A stretch of 64,000 nucleotides of DNA. Source: an uncultured Verrucomicrobiota bacterium. Its GTDB lineage: Bacteria > Verrucomicrobiota > Kiritimatiellia > RFP12 > UBA1067. Shown here in pieces: positions 8,953 to 19,031 of this stretch (position 1 is its first letter; each line of letters opens with the position of its first letter). A model generated the notes under the pieces. The model had not been told where the DNA came from. It did not search any database and saw only the letters and a list, made by a program, of their open reading frames with translations. The position numbers and the translations under genes were made by a program. The stretch spans positions 3,852 to 67,851 of the forward strand of contig CAMZEN010000001.1 in NCBI GenBank assembly GCA_947305775.1, written 5' to 3'.

Positions 8953-9892
8953 GACAGACAAGATATACGTTGCAGGGCACCGCGGAATGGTCGGCTCTGC
9001 AATCTGCCGCGCACTCAAGGCAGGTGGTTTCGAGAACGTAGTGACGCGCACCCACTCGGAGCTGGATCTGCTAGACTCGCGTGCCGTCCGCGAATTCTAC
9101 GAGAACGAGAAGCCAGACGTCGCCGTCATAGCGGCGGCCCGCGTCGGTGGCATCGGCGCGAACAGCGCGGCGAACGCGCTCTTCCTGTATGAGAACGAGA
9201 TGATCGCCCTCAACACCGTCTGGTCCGCCGCCGAGACGGGCGTGAAGAGGCTCCTGTTCCTCGGCTCGACCTGCATCTATCCGCGCATGGCGCCTCAGCC
9301 CATTCCTGAGTCTGCTCTTCTGACCTCTGAACTTGAGAAGACCAACGAGGGATATGCGCTTGCGAAGATATCGGGCTTGAAGCTCTGCGAATTCCTGCGC
9401 AGGGATAGGGGGCTTCTCTACCATTCGCTCATGCCGACCAACCTTTACGGGCCCGGCGACAACTACGACATTGTTCACGGACATGTCCTTCCTACGATGG
9501 TCCGCAAGTTCGAGACGGCGCGAGAGAAGGGCGACGCAACTGTTCCGCTTTGGGGCAGCGGTTCTCCGCTAAGGGAGTTCCTGCATGTGGATGACCTCGC
9601 GTCGGCGTGTCTTTTCGCGCTTTCGCTCGAGAATCCGCCAGACCTTATGAATGTAGGGTCCGGCGAGGAAGTGTCGATTCGCACGCTTGCCGAGACCATC
9701 AAGGCGGCTACCGGATGCAAGGCCGAGATCTCCTGGGATTCGTCCAAGCCGGACGGCACGCCACGCAAGCTCTGCGACACATCCTTGATCCGTTCCCTGG
9801 GCTGGAAGAGCAAGATATCGCTCGAAGAGGGAGTTCGGCGCACTGTTGAGGACTATCGCCGCGAGATCGCGTCTGGCACGATCAGACTATGA
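8945..9892 (+). CDS. fcl: GDP-L-fucose synthase
   Basis: [49 protein letters not shown]; follows gmd. Confidence 0.97.
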   Translation: MLKTDKIYVAGHRGMVGSAICRALKAGGFENVVTRTHSELDLLDSRAVREFYENEKPDVAVIAAARVGGIGANSAANALFLYENEMIALNTVWSAAETGVKRLLFLGSTCIYPRMAPQPIPESALLTSELEKTNEGYALAKISGLKLCEFLRRDRGLLYHSLMPTNLYGPGDNYDIVHGHVLPTMVRKFETAREKGDATVPLWGSGSPLREFLHVDDLASACLFALSLENPPDLMNVGSGEEVSIRTLAETIKAATGCKAEISWDSSKPDGTPRKLCDTSLIRSLGWKSKISLEEGVRRTVEDYRREIASGTIRL

Positions 9893-11991
9893 CCGACTTC
9901 TCATCGCTTCTGAATCCTGAACAGTGCGCCGCGGCGACGTCAGAGGATGGCCCTCTGCTTGTGCTGGCGGCGGCTGGCACAGGTAAGACGCGAACGCTCG
10001 TCCACCGCGTCGCCTACCTTGTCGAGCGGGGCGTGGACCCGAGTCGAATACTCTTGCTCACATTTACCAACCGCGCGGCAAGGGAGATGCTCGAACGTGC
10101 GGAAAAGGTCGTGGGGCCCGCTGTATCCACAATATGGTCTGGCACGTTCCATTCCGTCTGCGCGAGGCTTCTCAGACGCTACGGTAACGCGATAGGATAT
10201 CCGCCCGGCTTCCAGATAATAGACGACGACGACCAGAAGAAGCTTATCGGCGAAATCATAAAGGCGACGGTGTCCAATCCAAAGGACTTCCCGAAGAAGG
10301 ACGTCGTCGCGAAGATGATATCCGAAGCGGCGAACGAGGGCGTGCCGGTTTTGCAGGTCGCCGCGCGATGGCAGCTGAAGGCGGCGGGATTTGAACCGGA
10401 GGAGATAGAGAAGATCGCCGCGGGTTACGCCGCGCGCAAGCTCGAGCTCAACGCGATGGACTTCGATGACCTTCTCGTGAACGGACTCAGGCTTCTCAAG
10501 GAGAGCGAGCGCGTGCGCGAGATGCTGCAGGAGCATTTCCTCTACGTTCTTGTTGACGAATACCAGGACACCAACGGTCTCCAGGCGGAGTTCACGGATA
10601 TCCTCGCTGCTCGACACAGGAACATCATGGCCGTCGGCGACGACTTCCAGTGCATCTACACATGGCGAGGCGCACAGATCGAGAACATAATGGAGTTCCC
10701 TCGCCGCTGGAAAGGGTGCCGCATCGTTAAGCTCGAGCGCAACTACAGAAGCGTGCCTGGAGTGCTCGATGTCGCGAACGTAGTAATGAGGGACGCTCCC
10801 GGGCAGTTCGAGAAGATGCTGCGTCCCTTCAGGAGCACGAACGGCGAAAGGCCCTGGCTGTACCGCGTCTACGACGGGCACACCCAGGCGAACGAGATAT
10901 GCAAGCTCATCAACGAGGTGCGCTCTTACGGCTACCGCTATTCCGACATTGCCGTGCTCTACCGCGGGCACTACCAGTCGATTGATATACAGATGACGCT
11001 TGCGAGGATGGGGGTTCCATACCGTATCACTAGTGGCATAGGTGTCTTCGAACAGATACACGCCAAGGATGTGATCGCATATCTGCGGCTCATAATGGAT
11101 CCGGGAGACGAGCTTTCGTTTATGCGTGTCGTGCAGCTTCTGCCGGGAGTCGGCGAGAAGACGGCACGCGGATACTGGAAGAAGCTGACCAACAGGTTCG
11201 ACGGCTCTCGCAAAGAGGATCGCGACGCGCTTGGCGGAATGCTCGGCGCGAAGGCCAAGGCGGTCTGGCCCCAGCTCGCAAAGTGCTTCGAGTGTGCGCA
11301 GGACCACCTCGACGCGGACGAGACGGGCGAACTTATAGAGGACTTCTGCGATCTCTTCTATGAAGACCACCTGGGCCGCGAATGGGAGGAGAAAGACGCA
11401 GAAGACCGGTTGGACGACATAAAGGAGCTTGCGACGCAGGTTGCCGGCGACGGCAACGGCGAAACGGGGCGCGAACGCCTCGTCTCGTTCCTCTCCGAAG
11501 TTGCGCTCATGACCAACCTCGACGTAAGGCGCAACGATCCTAACCTGGATCGCGTAACGCTCTCGACGATCCATCAGGCGAAAGGCATGGAGTGGTCCAT
11601 CGTAATAGTGCCATGGCTTGCCGAGGGAATGTTCCCTAGCTCGAAGGCCGTGGACGAGGGACGCATCGACGAGGAGCGCCGACTCTTCTATGTCGTCGTG
11701 ACTCGTGCGAAGGACAGGCTCTACATGTTCGTTCCGCAGGTCAGGAAGATGCCGGATGGCGGAATGATTCCGCTCGATCAGTCCATGTTCGTGAAGGAGA
11801 TACCCGAATCGCTCCTTAACGTCCGCCGCGTGCAGAGCTACCCGGACGCATATTCGCGCGGCAGCTATGGTGGCGGCTATGGTTCTCGCGGCGGCGGATA
11901 TGGTGGCGGATACGGCGGCGGGTATGGCGGCTCGCGCGGCGGCTACGGCAGGCAGCAGGCTCCTTCATACAAGACTACATGGCGGCGGTGA
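9889..11991 (+). CDS. UvrD/PcrA/Rep family ATP-dependent DNA helicase with Gly/Tyr/Arg-rich C-tail
   Basis: AAAGTGKT, TFTNRAA, VDEYQDTN, VGDDFQCIY, TIHQAKGMEW, EERRLFYVVVTRAK. Confidence 0.95.
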   Translation: MTDFSSLLNPEQCAAATSEDGPLLVLAAAGTGKTRTLVHRVAYLVERGVDPSRILLLTFTNRAAREMLERAEKVVGPAVSTIWSGTFHSVCARLLRRYGNAIGYPPGFQIIDDDDQKKLIGEIIKATVSNPKDFPKKDVVAKMISEAANEGVPVLQVAARWQLKAAGFEPEEIEKIAAGYAARKLELNAMDFDDLLVNGLRLLKESERVREMLQEHFLYVLVDEYQDTNGLQAEFTDILAARHRNIMAVGDDFQCIYTWRGAQIENIMEFPRRWKGCRIVKLERNYRSVPGVLDVANVVMRDAPGQFEKMLRPFRSTNGERPWLYRVYDGHTQANEICKLINEVRSYGYRYSDIAVLYRGHYQSIDIQMTLARMGVPYRITSGIGVFEQIHAKDVIAYLRLIMDPGDELSFMRVVQLLPGVGEKTARGYWKKLTNRFDGSRKEDRDALGGMLGAKAKAVWPQLAKCFECAQDHLDADETGELIEDFCDLFYEDHLGREWEEKDAEDRLDDIKELATQVAGDGNGETGRERLVSFLSEVALMTNLDVRRNDPNLDRVTLSTIHQAKGMEWSIVIVPWLAEGMFPSSKAVDEGRIDEERRLFYVVVTRAKDRLYMFVPQVRKMPDGGMIPLDQSMFVKEIPESLLNVRRVQSYPDAYSRGSYGGGYGSRGGGYGGGYGGGYGGSRGGYGRQQAPSYKTTWRR

Positions 11992-11992
11992 G

Positions 11993-14005
11993 ATGCTGGA
12001 CTTCAGGAACATAAGCGTACATTACGGGCACCAGGACGTTCTTTCGAACGTCACGTTTCGCGTCAACAAGGGCGACAGGGTGGGCGTTGTCGGTCCTAAC
12101 GGCAGCGGCAAATCGACTCTCTTCAAGATAGTGCTTGGCGAGATGTCCACCGACACCGGCGAGCTCATAATAGAGAACAGCCCTCGCATCGGATGGACGC
12201 GTCAGAATCCGGAGCCGGACTGCGAAAGCGAGACGCTTCTTGAATATTCGATGCGTGGCGTGCCTGGCCTATCTGACATAGAGTCCGAGATGCAGGCTCT
12301 TGAAGCCGAGTTGGACAATCCAGCCAAGCTAAAGCTATACGGGGAGCTTCAGACCAAGTTCGAGCACCTTGGCGGATATGACATCGAAACCCGAGTAAAG
12401 GTGGCTCTAGGCGGACTCGGTTTTTCGGTGGATGAGTTCTCCAAACCGTTCAAGTCTTTCTCTGGCGGATGGCGCATGAGGGCCGAGCTGTCGCGAGTCC
12501 TTGCCTCCAAGCCGGATCTGCTGTTGCTGGACGAGCCGTCGAACTATCTCGACTTGCCTGCCGTTGACTGGCTTCAGAAATTCCTGAAGGCGTACGACGG
12601 CACATTGATGCTCATTTCGCATGACCGATATCTTTTGCGCACCTTGACGAGCATAATAGTGGAGGTCGACGCCGGAACAGCCACGCGCTACGAGGGCGAC
12701 CTCGATTGGTATCTAAGGGAACGCGAGGTTCGCTACGAGCATCTCAAGGCCGCAAAGGAGAACCAGGACCATCACCGCGAACAGCTGCAGCGTTTTGTGG
12801 ATCGCTTCCGGGCGCAGGCCACGAAGGCCGCGCAGGCGCAGAGCCGTCAGAAGCTGATCGACAAAATCGACGAAGAAAGGATAGTGCTGCCAAAGCGCTA
12901 TACACAGTCGGGCAGGCTGCGCCTTGCTGAACCGCCTCCGAGCGGCATCGAAATGTTCCGCTGCGAGAACCTGACCTTTTCCTATGACGGCGTGAGGAAT
13001 GTGCTGGACGGCATATCGTTCAACATCGCACGCGGCGACAAGGTGGCGCTTATAGGTTATAATGGGCTTGGCAAAACCACCCTCATGCGCATTATCGCGG
13101 GAACGCGCGAACCAACAGGTGGCAAGGCCGTATTGGGCCACAACGTAGTCCCTGGCTATTTGAGCCAGGAGTTTGCCGAGACGATCCCTCCGGACGTAAG
13201 CGTATACCGAAACGCCAAGAATGCGTGGGATGCGCACGGCGGTGGCCCCGAGAAGAATTTCCGCAACCAGCTTGGAGCGTTCGGCTTTGACGAGAACGAT
13301 GTCGAGAAGCCTGCGGGCGTCCTTTCCGGAGGCGAGAAGATTCGTCTTGCCTTCTTGAGGCTCTTCCTTTCCGCTCCGAACTTCCTTCTGCTCGACGAGC
13401 CAACCACCCATCTCGATCTGGATGGGCGTCGTCTTTTGCAGGATGCTCTTCAGAAGTACAAGGGGACGATACTTCTCGTCTCGCACGACATTGACTTCGT
13501 GCGCGCAGTCGCGACAAGCGTCCTTGAGATTTCGCATGATGGCTTGAGGCAGTTCCCCGGGGGCTACGACTACTACTGCGAGAAAAGGGATGTGGGGGCC
13601 GGATCGGGTCGTCGTCCATTGGATGGTCGCCAGCCTGGTGGCGCTAAGGAGGATGGCGACAACCGCAGGCGAGATGCGGTCTCTCCCGGTGAGGCAGGCT
13701 CCACTGGCGGAGTCACCCTGTCAAAGAAGGAACTGCGCCAGCAACGCGCCGCGGAGCGCGCCAAGATCGCACCGAAGATAAAGGAGCTCAAGGCGCGGGT
13801 CGCAAAGGCGGAGAAGAAGGTTGACGAGCTTCAGGCTGCGCTGGATGAGGCGTCCGCAGAGCTCTTCAACCCTAAGCCCGACACCAACTTCGAGGAGCTT
13901 AACCGCAAGGTGCGCACGCTCCAGTTCGAGATAGACCGTTACACGGCGGACTGGGAGGCTTCCGCGACGGAGCTTGAGTCGCTCACATCCTCTTCGGAGA
14001 GCTAA
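11993..14005 (+). CDS. ABC-F family ATP-binding protein (two ABC domains, C-terminal coiled coil)
   Basis: GPNGSGKST/FSGGW/LLLDEPSNYLD and GYNGLGKTT/LSGGE/LLLDEPTTHLD; no TM segments. Confidence 0.93.
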   Translation: MLDFRNISVHYGHQDVLSNVTFRVNKGDRVGVVGPNGSGKSTLFKIVLGEMSTDTGELIIENSPRIGWTRQNPEPDCESETLLEYSMRGVPGLSDIESEMQALEAELDNPAKLKLYGELQTKFEHLGGYDIETRVKVALGGLGFSVDEFSKPFKSFSGGWRMRAELSRVLASKPDLLLLDEPSNYLDLPAVDWLQKFLKAYDGTLMLISHDRYLLRTLTSIIVEVDAGTATRYEGDLDWYLREREVRYEHLKAAKENQDHHREQLQRFVDRFRAQATKAAQAQSRQKLIDKIDEERIVLPKRYTQSGRLRLAEPPPSGIEMFRCENLTFSYDGVRNVLDGISFNIARGDKVALIGYNGLGKTTLMRIIAGTREPTGGKAVLGHNVVPGYLSQEFAETIPPDVSVYRNAKNAWDAHGGGPEKNFRNQLGAFGFDENDVEKPAGVLSGGEKIRLAFLRLFLSAPNFLLLDEPTTHLDLDGRRLLQDALQKYKGTILLVSHDIDFVRAVATSVLEISHDGLRQFPGGYDYYCEKRDVGAGSGRRPLDGRQPGGAKEDGDNRRRDAVSPGEAGSTGGVTLSKKELRQQRAAERAKIAPKIKELKARVAKAEKKVDELQAALDEASAELFNPKPDTNFEELNRKVRTLQFEIDRYTADWEASATELESLTSSSES

Positions 14006-14022
14006 CCCTTAGGGAGAACGCA

Positions 14023-14490
14023 ATGAGACAGGCAGAGACGCTAGTTGAACTGTACAAGGTGCGCGGCATGACCTGTGCCACAGCCGAGAGCTGCACTGGC
14101 GGCGGCGTCGGAAGCGCCATCACGGCAGTGCCCGGGGCCAGCGCCGTCTTCTATGGGGGCGTAATCAGCTACGACAATTCAGTAAAGCAGAATGTGTTGG
14201 GCGTCAGAAGCGATACTCTGCGTACTGTTGGCGCGGTCTCGGCCGAATGTGCTGCCGAGATGGCGAATGGAGTGAGGAAGCTTGTCGGGGCCGATATCGC
14301 AGTGAGCGTGACGGGTATTGCGGGTCCGGATGGAGGAAGCGACCTGAAGCCTGTGGGACTTGTTTGGTTTGGCCTTGCCTCAGCGCAGGGAGTGCGCACA
14401 GAGAAGGCAATCTTCCCGAGCGATCGCGCAAAGGTGCGCGAACAGGCGGTTTTGCATGCAATCGGAATGCTGACCGCGGCGGTGGTTTGA
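14023..14490 (+). CDS. CinA C-terminal domain protein (nicotinamide-nucleotide amidohydrolase, PncC-like)
   Basis: ATAESCTGG, GAVSAECAAEMA, VTGIAGPDGG..KPVGLVW. Confidence 0.92.
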   Translation: MRQAETLVELYKVRGMTCATAESCTGGGVGSAITAVPGASAVFYGGVISYDNSVKQNVLGVRSDTLRTVGAVSAECAAEMANGVRKLVGADIAVSVTGIAGPDGGSDLKPVGLVWFGLASAQGVRTEKAIFPSDRAKVREQAVLHAIGMLTAAVV

Positions 14491-14543
14491 GAGGTTCATT
14501 TTATTTATGGTGTTGCACTAATCCGATCATCGCAGGTACCCTA

Positions 14544-14573
14544 TTGACAGGGGCGGGTAATTTTAGGTAAAAT
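14544..14573 (+). promoter_or_regulatory. Sigma70-type promoter of the EPS export cluster
   Basis: TTGACA(14544-49)-18 bp-TAAAAT(14568-73), ending 12 bp before the ATG. Confidence 0.65.
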
Positions 14574-14585
14574 ATACACACAATT

Positions 14586-15266
14586 ATGGGAAAGCTGTAT
14601 ACTAGTTTTACTTGTCGTTCGCTTTTGCTCGCGATCGCATGCTTTTGTGCATGCGGATGTGAGAGTTTTCTGGAAGCGTTTTTCAAGCCAGAAGAGCTTA
14701 TCGACGTTGATGCCGCTGCCAAGTACTGGGATGGGCCTCGGATCGGCCCTGGCATGCTTCTTATCGTCCAAGTAGGCTCTGCAACTTTGGAGCCAAAGGA
14801 AATGCAGGTTATGGTTGACCAAAAGGGCGAGATTACTCTTCCGTATCTTTTGCAGAAACCTGTGGCTTGCGATGGCCTTGGCCTTGAAGATATCAAGCAG
14901 TTGCTTGTGGACGAGTATTCTGTTTATATTCGCCAGCCGCAGATATCTGTAACGTTTGGCCCGTATGATCAGAAAAGCGGTGTAAGTCCGTGGGGGACGG
15001 TGAAGGTTATGGGCGAAGTTGCCCAACCGGGGCCCATAAACATGCCAGCAACCATGGATATGACGGTGACAAAGGTGCTTCAGGTCGCGGGAGGCGTGAA
15101 GCCTTTTGCCGACAAGTCGCGCATACTTGTTACGCGTTGCGACAAGGATGGTCGTCGTTCCCGTATCCGAGTCGACCTTAGGGAAATCGGCGAGGATGGG
15201 CGCTTCGACAAGGATGTGGTCTTAAAGGCCGGCGATGTTGTATATGTCCCTGAGACATGGTATTGA
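14586..15266 (+). CDS. Polysaccharide biosynthesis/export lipoprotein (Wza-like, Poly_export + SLBB)
   Basis: Cys-containing signal; VDQKGEITLP, PQISV, VMGEVAQPG, AGGVKPFA, LKAGDVVYVPE. Confidence 0.85.
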   Translation: MGKLYTSFTCRSLLLAIACFCACGCESFLEAFFKPEELIDVDAAAKYWDGPRIGPGMLLIVQVGSATLEPKEMQVMVDQKGEITLPYLLQKPVACDGLGLEDIKQLLVDEYSVYIRQPQISVTFGPYDQKSGVSPWGTVKVMGEVAQPGPINMPATMDMTVTKVLQVAGGVKPFADKSRILVTRCDKDGRRSRIRVDLREIGEDGRFDKDVVLKAGDVVYVPETWY

Positions 15267-15291
15267 GCTTGAGTTAAAAAAGGAAAAAGTC

Positions 15292-16344
15292 ATGAAAAGA
15301 ACGCTGAACATACTTGGAATGGCGGTTGCGGTCGCAGTTCTCGCAACCCAACATTCGTTTGCGCAGGAAAAGACACTGCCTCTTGCGGAAGCAAGGGCAC
15401 AGATCGGTGCCGTTGTTGAGAATCCTGCTTCCATGACGGAGGTAATGATGTATCTGTCGGCGGCAGATCAGATTTCGTTTCTGGCCGACGTCAACGCTGC
15501 CATAACGAAAATGCCTGGCTCTGCCGAGGAAAGGGCCGCCAAGTTCCTGAATGTGAACAGAGCGGCGCTCAAGGGTGCGGCTAAAGGCAACCTTGCAAAT
15601 CTTGTCGCCGAGGTGTTTGCTACAGTTCCACCAGAGGCGTTGCCGCTTATCACTGAGCGTTTTGCAGCAGATGTGTTCAACAGAAAAGCCGATACGGCTC
15701 GTGTATACAGCGACGATGAGTTCCTCCAGATAGCGACAAACCTCATGGCTCGGATCGAAAACCGTACCTCAGGTGCCGATGATTCGGATGTACGCAACAC
15801 ATTTGCGGCGACCATGTTGGCCAAGGCATCCAGCGGTGGCGCCACCGTAAGCGTTGACAGCCCGTTGGTTGATGCGTTGTTGAGTATGTTCCCAGATAGT
15901 GAAGCTCGCAAGCGTGCAAAGACCGAATGGCTCCCTGCGGCGCTTGCTCCTCAGCCTAATTACGAGCCTCTGCTAGCTGAAGTTGATACCGCCGTACAGG
16001 TTAATCCTATTAATCCCGTCGTGGCGCTGCGGATTTCCGGTCCACAACTTGTTGACGTTATTCTAAGCGATGTGTCGTCAAGCCTTATTGACTCCCAGGG
16101 GCATGAGACTACGCCATTTACCGACCAGCTTATTGAAGGTGGCGATATTTCCGCAGATCTTGCGGTTCAAGGGTCCTCTACTACTGACCGAGCGGCTTCA
16201 GGCGGTACAAGTTCCGGTGAACCACCTCGTACCGACGATCCAACGAAGCCTTGGAACCCCGATGTGCCGAGAGATGAGCCGGTTAATCCAACGCCAAAAC
16301 CGACGCCCCCAGAACCGGAGCCGGAACCCACGCCGTATCTATAA
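15292..16344 (+). CDS. Hypothetical secreted helical protein with Pro-rich C-terminus
   Basis: Signal-like MKRTLNILGMAVAVAVLA..SFA; ends PVNPTPKPTPPEPEPEPTPYL. Confidence 0.75.
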   Translation: MKRTLNILGMAVAVAVLATQHSFAQEKTLPLAEARAQIGAVVENPASMTEVMMYLSAADQISFLADVNAAITKMPGSAEERAAKFLNVNRAALKGAAKGNLANLVAEVFATVPPEALPLITERFAADVFNRKADTARVYSDDEFLQIATNLMARIENRTSGADDSDVRNTFAATMLAKASSGGATVSVDSPLVDALLSMFPDSEARKRAKTEWLPAALAPQPNYEPLLAEVDTAVQVNPINPVVALRISGPQLVDVILSDVSSSLIDSQGHETTPFTDQLIEGGDISADLAVQGSSTTDRAASGGTSSGEPPRTDDPTKPWNPDVPRDEPVNPTPKPTPPEPEPEPTPYL

Positions 16345-16378
16345 CATTAAGAGTTGCTTTCACAAGGAGACTTAAACA

Positions 16379-17623
16379 ATGAAAAAGCTTTTCTTGATTG
16401 TCGCTGTTGCGTCTGCGACAATTGCGAATGCCGAAGTGATGGATAGGCCCACAGGCTTTAAGATTGGTGAGCGTATGACTATCCGTCCATATGTGTCGTT
16501 GTTCTATACGTTCGACTCCAATGTTGATTCTCGTCCACATTCTGACAAGCGCAACGGCTCTTCGTTCAACATCAATCCTGGCTTCTCGGCCATCTATAAG
16601 GGCGACAACTGGTCTCTGACCGCCGGTGCTCGCTATCAGCACCATTTCCATTCGCGCAACAGGTCGAATATGGATAGCGACAGCTATGGCCAGACACTGG
16701 CGTACACCTGGTCCAATACAAAGGATGGCGGAAAGGGCTGGACTCTCAACCTTCGCGAAGGCTATGCGTTCTATTCGCAGGATGACGACATGACCAATGA
16801 TCGCGGTCGTGGTATTGGGCGTGATCGTGAGCAGCTTGACCTCGGAGGTTCGCTGCAGCGTCGCTTTACGGAAAAGTGGCATGCGGCTGTTGATGGAACA
16901 TACTACGATCTGGACTATAAGAATGACTCCAAAAGGTATGCGCCTCTCTATGGTTGGTCGCGTTGGGTGGTTGGTGCCAATGCCGGTTATGTCGCCTCGC
17001 GCTGGACCGACTTGCTGATTGCGGCAAACTATCAGGGCTATACCCAGGACAATGACCGTGACCGCCGTGGCGCTGTCGGCACTCCCAAAGGCCGCAAGAT
17101 ATCAAGCGACTCGAAGGGCTGGACTGTGATGGCTGGTATAGGAACTCATGCAACTGAGCGTATAAGCTATCGTATCATGGGTGGATGGAGTCGTTTCGAA
17201 TATGCTGGTGGTGCGTCCGACTCTAATGGCTTCGCCTATCAGGTTTCATCGAATTGGAAGATTTCCGATACGTGGACCATGATGTTGCTCGCGTCTAGCC
17301 AGTATCAGCCTTCAGAACTTGCCTATGGTAGCGACATTCGTGTCGATCTTGTGAGCTGGGGTGTCGCCCATACCATGGTGCGTAACAAGCTCAATGCGAC
17401 TTTTGACGTGAACTATCGTCATGAGCAGCATGAGTATAGCGAGTATCGCTCGGACGACTATGACAGGGATATCATTACTGCGCGATTGGGCCTGAACTAC
17501 GTGATCAACAGGTTCCTGACAGCGTTTACCTCAGCGGAATTTCAAAATTTCTCCTCGCATGACCGCAGCGACTACGATTATGATCGCTGGCGTCTCTCAA
17601 TCGGTATGAGATTCACATACTGA
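16379..17623 (+). CDS. Outer-membrane beta-barrel protein (BBP2-like, EPS-locus associated)
   Basis: Signal peptide; alternating aromatic beta-strand pattern; C-terminal RWRLSIGMRFTY; lies between wza and wzc. Confidence 0.75.
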   Translation: MKKLFLIVAVASATIANAEVMDRPTGFKIGERMTIRPYVSLFYTFDSNVDSRPHSDKRNGSSFNINPGFSAIYKGDNWSLTAGARYQHHFHSRNRSNMDSDSYGQTLAYTWSNTKDGGKGWTLNLREGYAFYSQDDDMTNDRGRGIGRDREQLDLGGSLQRRFTEKWHAAVDGTYYDLDYKNDSKRYAPLYGWSRWVVGANAGYVASRWTDLLIAANYQGYTQDNDRDRRGAVGTPKGRKISSDSKGWTVMAGIGTHATERISYRIMGGWSRFEYAGGASDSNGFAYQVSSNWKISDTWTMMLLASSQYQPSELAYGSDIRVDLVSWGVAHTMVRNKLNATFDVNYRHEQHEYSEYRSDDYDRDIITARLGLNYVINRFLTAFTSAEFQNFSSHDRSDYDYDRWRLSIGMRFTY

Positions 17624-17624
17624 C

Positions 17625-19010
17625 GTGCAGAGGTTTCTCGCAAATTACGCTACGGCGGCGCACTTGGCAATGTTAGCGGTTGCGCCGCTGTTACTATTTC
17701 CGTTTTGCGACCGTGGAACGGTCGCTACGGTTCTTTTGTGGCTTTCTCTGATTTCAAGCGCGTGGGTGATCATGTCTCCATCGTGCAGACCAGGCGAGAA
17801 GCCTCATAATGCACGTAAACGGTCCCTTTCTGCAATGTTGCGGGATCCTTTGCTTTGGTTTTCGCTCTTGGTTGTGGTCTTTGCGGGGATTCGTGCGCTC
17901 AATGGTGGTATCGCTTTAGGTTATGACGCGGAGAACATGGTATGGTCGATTAAAGAACCGGCGCTGAACATCCTGCCGGGATGCGTCGACGGAACCGGAT
18001 TTCTCCCGTTTGCCACATGCGTGGCGTTGCTTGTGCTGCTGCAAGGCATGCGTCATGCCTTGGATGCGGAAGCTTCTATTGCCTTTTTTACCACGGCGTC
18101 TGCTTTGGCGGGCGTTTCTGCAATAGCGGCTTCGATTGCGCTTTCTTACGGCAATGAATGTGTAGTCGACATGGTGGCCAGTTCGTACATTTCGCCTCAA
18201 TTTGCGGGTACGGCTTACGGCATATACTTATATTTTGGCTTGATTGCGCTATTCGGATGTGCTGAGGCAGGTTGGCATGGCGCAGAACTTTTTGCGGCGT
18301 TGGGCATAGTGTGTTCGGCCATTGGATTTGAGCTGTTTTCTCCGCCGGCGACTTTTGCTGTGTTTGCATTGGTCTTCATTATGCTGTTGTTGTCGTCAAT
18401 CCCCTTGATGAAGGGCCGCCTTGAGGGGTCGGCATCGTTTAGGTGCGCTATCGTCTTATTGTTGGTTTTTTCGGTCGTAGTGCTTCTTGCCGTCTTTGGC
18501 GAAAGCTTCGGCCCGATCGATTCCAAACGCGATGCGCTTCTTGCAATGAAGCCGTTCCCTGATGGGTTCTTTGCTGCAAGGGACGCCATGTCGTCTATTG
18601 CATTGAAGTCTTGGAGGGAGAACCCTTGGCTGGGGTCTGGGCTAGGGTCGTTTCCTCTGGGCTTGCGGTTTGTCGCGACACCTGACGACTGGACTGTAAT
18701 ATCGCCTATCCAAAAAGCATCAACCAATGGATGGTGGCAGCTTCTGGTGGAGCGTGGCATCATTGGTGCGCTTATTCTTGCGATTGGAACAGGCTTTCTG
18801 GCCCATTCATATTTTATGCGCATGGTGAAATCGATCAAAGGCAAGTGTGGCTTGTGGCGACCGGCTTGCGTTCTTGGTCCCTTTGTCGTCGTGTCGATGG
18901 TTGCTCTTTCTTTTGTAGATTGTTCTTTGCTGCGCACTGATGTTCTTTTGGCTGTCGCTTCGGCGTTGTCGCTTTCGGCAGTTGCATTTCAGCGTCGTCC
19001 ATGCAGATAG
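17625..19010 (+). CDS. O-antigen ligase/Wzy-like polytopic membrane protein
   Basis: GTG start; about 12 TM; NPWLGSGLGSF and STNGWWQLLVERGIIG resemble the Wzy_C motifs (canonical HN replaced by TN). Confidence 0.65.
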   Translation: MQRFLANYATAAHLAMLAVAPLLLFPFCDRGTVATVLLWLSLISSAWVIMSPSCRPGEKPHNARKRSLSAMLRDPLLWFSLLVVVFAGIRALNGGIALGYDAENMVWSIKEPALNILPGCVDGTGFLPFATCVALLVLLQGMRHALDAEASIAFFTTASALAGVSAIAASIALSYGNECVVDMVASSYISPQFAGTAYGIYLYFGLIALFGCAEAGWHGAELFAALGIVCSAIGFELFSPPATFAVFALVFIMLLLSSIPLMKGRLEGSASFRCAIVLLLVFSVVVLLAVFGESFGPIDSKRDALLAMKPFPDGFFAARDAMSSIALKSWRENPWLGSGLGSFPLGLRFVATPDDWTVISPIQKASTNGWWQLLVERGIIGALILAIGTGFLAHSYFMRMVKSIKGKCGLWRPACVLGPFVVVSMVALSFVDCSLLRTDVLLAVASALSLSAVAFQRRPCR

Positions 19011-19031
19011 GATTCTTAAGGAGATAAGGAA

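Noticed and set aside
9940-11574. 544-aa minus-strand ORF
   Set aside because: Antisense shadow of the UvrD gene, typical of high-GC codon bias; no motifs.
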